Positions 53,937-56,027 of a DNA stretch of 56,027 nucleotides are shown in pieces (positions within the stretch are counted from its first letter, which is position 1; every line of letters begins with the position of its first letter). The stretch is taken from the IMG/VR virus record IMGVR_UViG_3300010316_000010, positions 1-56,027 of that record; one strand, 5' to 3'. A model generated the notes under the pieces. The model did not search any database, had not been told where the DNA came from, and saw only the letters and a list, made by a program, of their open reading frames with translations. Source of the DNA: a virus (taxonomy: Duplodnaviria; Caudoviricetes). The position numbers and the translations under genes were made by a program.

Positions 53937-55280
53937 TTATATCCTCGCGAATTCATTGTTCTGTTTACCCTCGCGCAGAGCGAGGTTCGTCTCTTTGCGC
54001 TTGCGCTTGCCCATCAGGTCTGTGATCGCCCAGACCAGAGCGTCGACGCGGTCGGGCGAGCCGTCGCCCACGTATCCGTCGTTCGTCATGAGCATCATCT
54101 GCTGCTCGAGCTTCTCCAAGCCCTTCACGTGCTTCACGCGCCCCTGCTCGTACAGAGCGGCGACTGGCTCAGCCCGAACGACCTTGCCCCTGCTCGCCCT
54201 GACTGACTTGTACGACACCTCGGGATCGACCGTGCGGATGACTGACTCAACCATCGCACCACCGAAGTTCACCTCGGCAACCATACGATCTGCCTCGAAG
54301 TCTTCGTAGGCGTTCACAGCAGCGCGGCCCCACGCGGACGGCCCGCCCTTGACGGTCCTGTCGGCGAGAACATAGTACTCGTCGGCGTCGTCGCCGCAGT
54401 CGATCACGCCGACTACGACGATACCGATCTCGTCCGCAGACTCCTCACCCCCGCCAGCGCCCGACGGGTCCACCGCCACGACGATGCGCGAGAGGTTCTC
54501 CGGCACCTGATCCACGTGGATCAGCATCTCGTCCGCCCAGATAGCGCCAGTCACCTCATCCAACAGTTCAGCCAGCAGCTCCTGCCGCCCGAGACGGGTT
54601 CCCTCATACTTCTCCTTGAACTTGCGGAGCACCGAGGCTGGCAGGTGAGCAGAGTTATCATATGTCGTAGCCCGACTGACGACTGTACTCGGGTCAGCCA
54701 AGATCGTGCGGATCAGGGGGGTCGTGCGGGGGGTAGTCGTCACCACGATTGTCGGTAACTCACCTAATCGCAGACCGAACAGGAGGTTGTCCCAGAGGTC
54801 AGGTCCGGCCTTGCCCCACGCACCGAGCTCGTCGCACCAAGCGCGGTGATGCTGCGGGCCGCGAAGGCGCTCGGCCTCCTCCGCGGAGTAGCCGAAGTAG
54901 AGCGACTCTCCGCCGTCGACGGTGCTAGTCTTCAGTTCGAGGCTCGTTCTGTTGTAGTTCACGACGAGTTCTTTCGGTATGCGAGCCAGGAGCCCAGACT
55001 CACCCTCGAAGCACGTCTTGCGAACGTCGTTGTTCGTCGGACCCACGACCGCGATTCGCTGCGGTTGTATGAAGCTCGGCCACCAGACGTCCTCGGCCCC
55101 TGCTCGGGTCTTACCTGATCCGCGGCCTCCCATCAGCATCCAGACGAAGTAGTCCTCAGGCGGGAGTTGGTCCGGGCGGGCAGTCTGCAACCACTCCAGA
55201 CGACGGTTCATGCCGATGAGTTGCTCCCCCGAGAGCAGGGCGAGTTCTGAGTGGATCTGGGCTCGGGTGCGGTCGTCCAT
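53937..55280 (-). CDS. terL: terminase large subunit
   Basis: GGRGSGKT Walker A, LRGPQ..AWCDE, TTTP, VAVDPS, SPDRVDALVWA. Confidence 0.95.
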   Translation of the reverse strand: MDDRTRAQIHSELALLSGEQLIGMNRRLEWLQTARPDQLPPEDYFVWMLMGGRGSGKTRAGAEDVWWPSFIQPQRIAVVGPTNNDVRKTCFEGESGLLARIPKELVVNYNRTSLELKTSTVDGGESLYFGYSAEEAERLRGPQHHRAWCDELGAWGKAGPDLWDNLLFGLRLGELPTIVVTTTPRTTPLIRTILADPSTVVSRATTYDNSAHLPASVLRKFKEKYEGTRLGRQELLAELLDEVTGAIWADEMLIHVDQVPENLSRIVVAVDPSGAGGGEESADEIGIVVVGVIDCGDDADEYYVLADRTVKGGPSAWGRAAVNAYEDFEADRMVAEVNFGGAMVESVIRTVDPEVSYKSVRASRGKVVRAEPVAALYEQGRVKHVKGLEKLEQQMMLMTNDGYVGDGSPDRVDALVWAITDLMGKRKRKETNLALREGKQNNEFARI

Positions 55281-55488
55281 GAAGTTGGGTCTCTGTTCTG
55301 GGCGAAAAAATTTTGGTTCGGGGTCCTCGGCACAGCGTAGCACACTCGAGGAGGCGCAGACAAGTGCGAAGAGTGGATTCTAATTTTGGTGATAGAGTTT
55401 GTGGGGTGGAGCGCGGCCCGTTTGGGCAAGCCCGTCCGGGCTTTTTGTAATTTGTTGTGGGCGGGGGTACCCCCACCCACCGTTTGCG

Positions 55489-55812
55489 TTAGCCTAGTAC
55501 AATGTGGGCGCGCTTTACATCCCAACGTATATCCTCTCTGGTTGCACCTGCTTGTACAGCTTGCGCAACTGTTTGGCCAACCTTGTACGCGGCAAACCGG
55601 GCATGGGCGGCGGTACCGGGGCGCTTGGGGTTGGCAACAACCGCCACAATAGTGGCAGCGTTGTTGGCAGGTGTATTGCCTTTAGTGGCTTGTACGGTTG
55701 CGCCAATGGTTGCTTGCGGGTTGGTGGCGGGCGCGGCGGGCGCGGCGGGCGCGGGCGCGGCGGGCGCGGTTGCTTTGGTTGCGGTTGCTTTGGTTGCGGT
55801 TGCGTTAGCCAT
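55489..55812 (-). CDS. Ala/Thr-rich protein with NPKR...WD domain (paralog 3), encoded in TC/GA-depleted DNA
   Basis: ANPKRPGTAAHARFAAYKVGQTV...EDIRWDVKRAHI; ATG 55812 after AAAGG. Confidence 0.75.
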   Translation of the reverse strand: MANATATKATATKATAPAAPAPAAPAAPATNPQATIGATVQATKGNTPANNAATIVAVVANPKRPGTAAHARFAAYKVGQTVAQAVQAGATREDIRWDVKRAHIVLG

Positions 55813-55890
55813 TGTATTAGTGCCTTTGTATAAATGGCCAGCCATTATGGCGGGCCTATGGCAAGCCGCAAAAGCGCGGCTTGTACAACC

Positions 55891-55920
55891 CGTATAACGG
55901 CCCGCCTTGTATAGTGCAAG
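55891..55920 (-). promoter_or_regulatory. promoter with CTTG-N7-CAAG palindrome
   Basis: TTGCAC-N17-TATACG; cttg-tatagtg-caag at 55906-55920. Confidence 0.55.
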
Positions 55921-55940
55921 CCCTAAAATAAACTAATTAG

Positions 55941-56027
55941 CAGGGCAGGGCCACAGCTGCACCACAGGGCAGGGCAGGGCCACAGCTGCACCACAGGGCA
56001 GGGCAGGGCCACAGCTGCACCACAGGG
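55941..56027 (+). repeat. three exact tandem copies of a 29-bp unit, running to the contig end
   Basis: cagggcagggccacagctgcaccacaggg x3. Confidence 0.95.

Noticed and set aside
55416-55446. Hairpin followed by T5 on the plus strand upstream of terL
   Set aside because: The stem is imperfect and faces opposite to the flanking genes, so it cannot be tied to a transcript.
55941-56027. Possible CRISPR array
   Set aside because: The units are contiguous and identical with no unique spacers, and no cas genes are present.

Overview
This window is a near-complete ~56 kb lytic siphovirus genome with no integrase, tRNA or CRISPR array seen. Gene content is YuA/M6-like, and an alphaproteobacterial (Roseobacter-type) host is inferred. 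Most genes lie on the minus strand. Left to right: terminase small subunit; small early genes; nuclease, exonuclease and family A DNA polymerase; a thymidine-replacement/hypermodification cluster; helicases and primase; lysis genes; tail and head genes; portal; terminase large subunit. The modification cluster comprises an HD hydrolase, dUMP hydroxymethylase, TAGT/JGT-like glycosyltransferase, UDP-glucuronate decarboxylase-like SDR, dCTP deaminase and 5-hmdU DNA kinase. The contig ends in a 29-bp tandem repeat, so sequence between terL and terS is probably missing. Main candidates for novelty: (1) a predicted pentose (xylose)-modified 5-hydroxymethyluracil DNA pathway; (2) a terminal ~490 bp with no TC or GA dinucleotide, in a genome otherwise rich in them, possibly a modification-free zone; (3) two colinear, inverted ~128-bp non-coding elements 23.5 kb apart; (4) a ChaB + Acb1-like 2H phosphodiesterase + prohead protease fusion; (5) a CTTG-N7-CAAG operator regulon; (6) a small domain present in three paralogous proteins. 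All protein calls come from motif recognition by eye, not from database searches.
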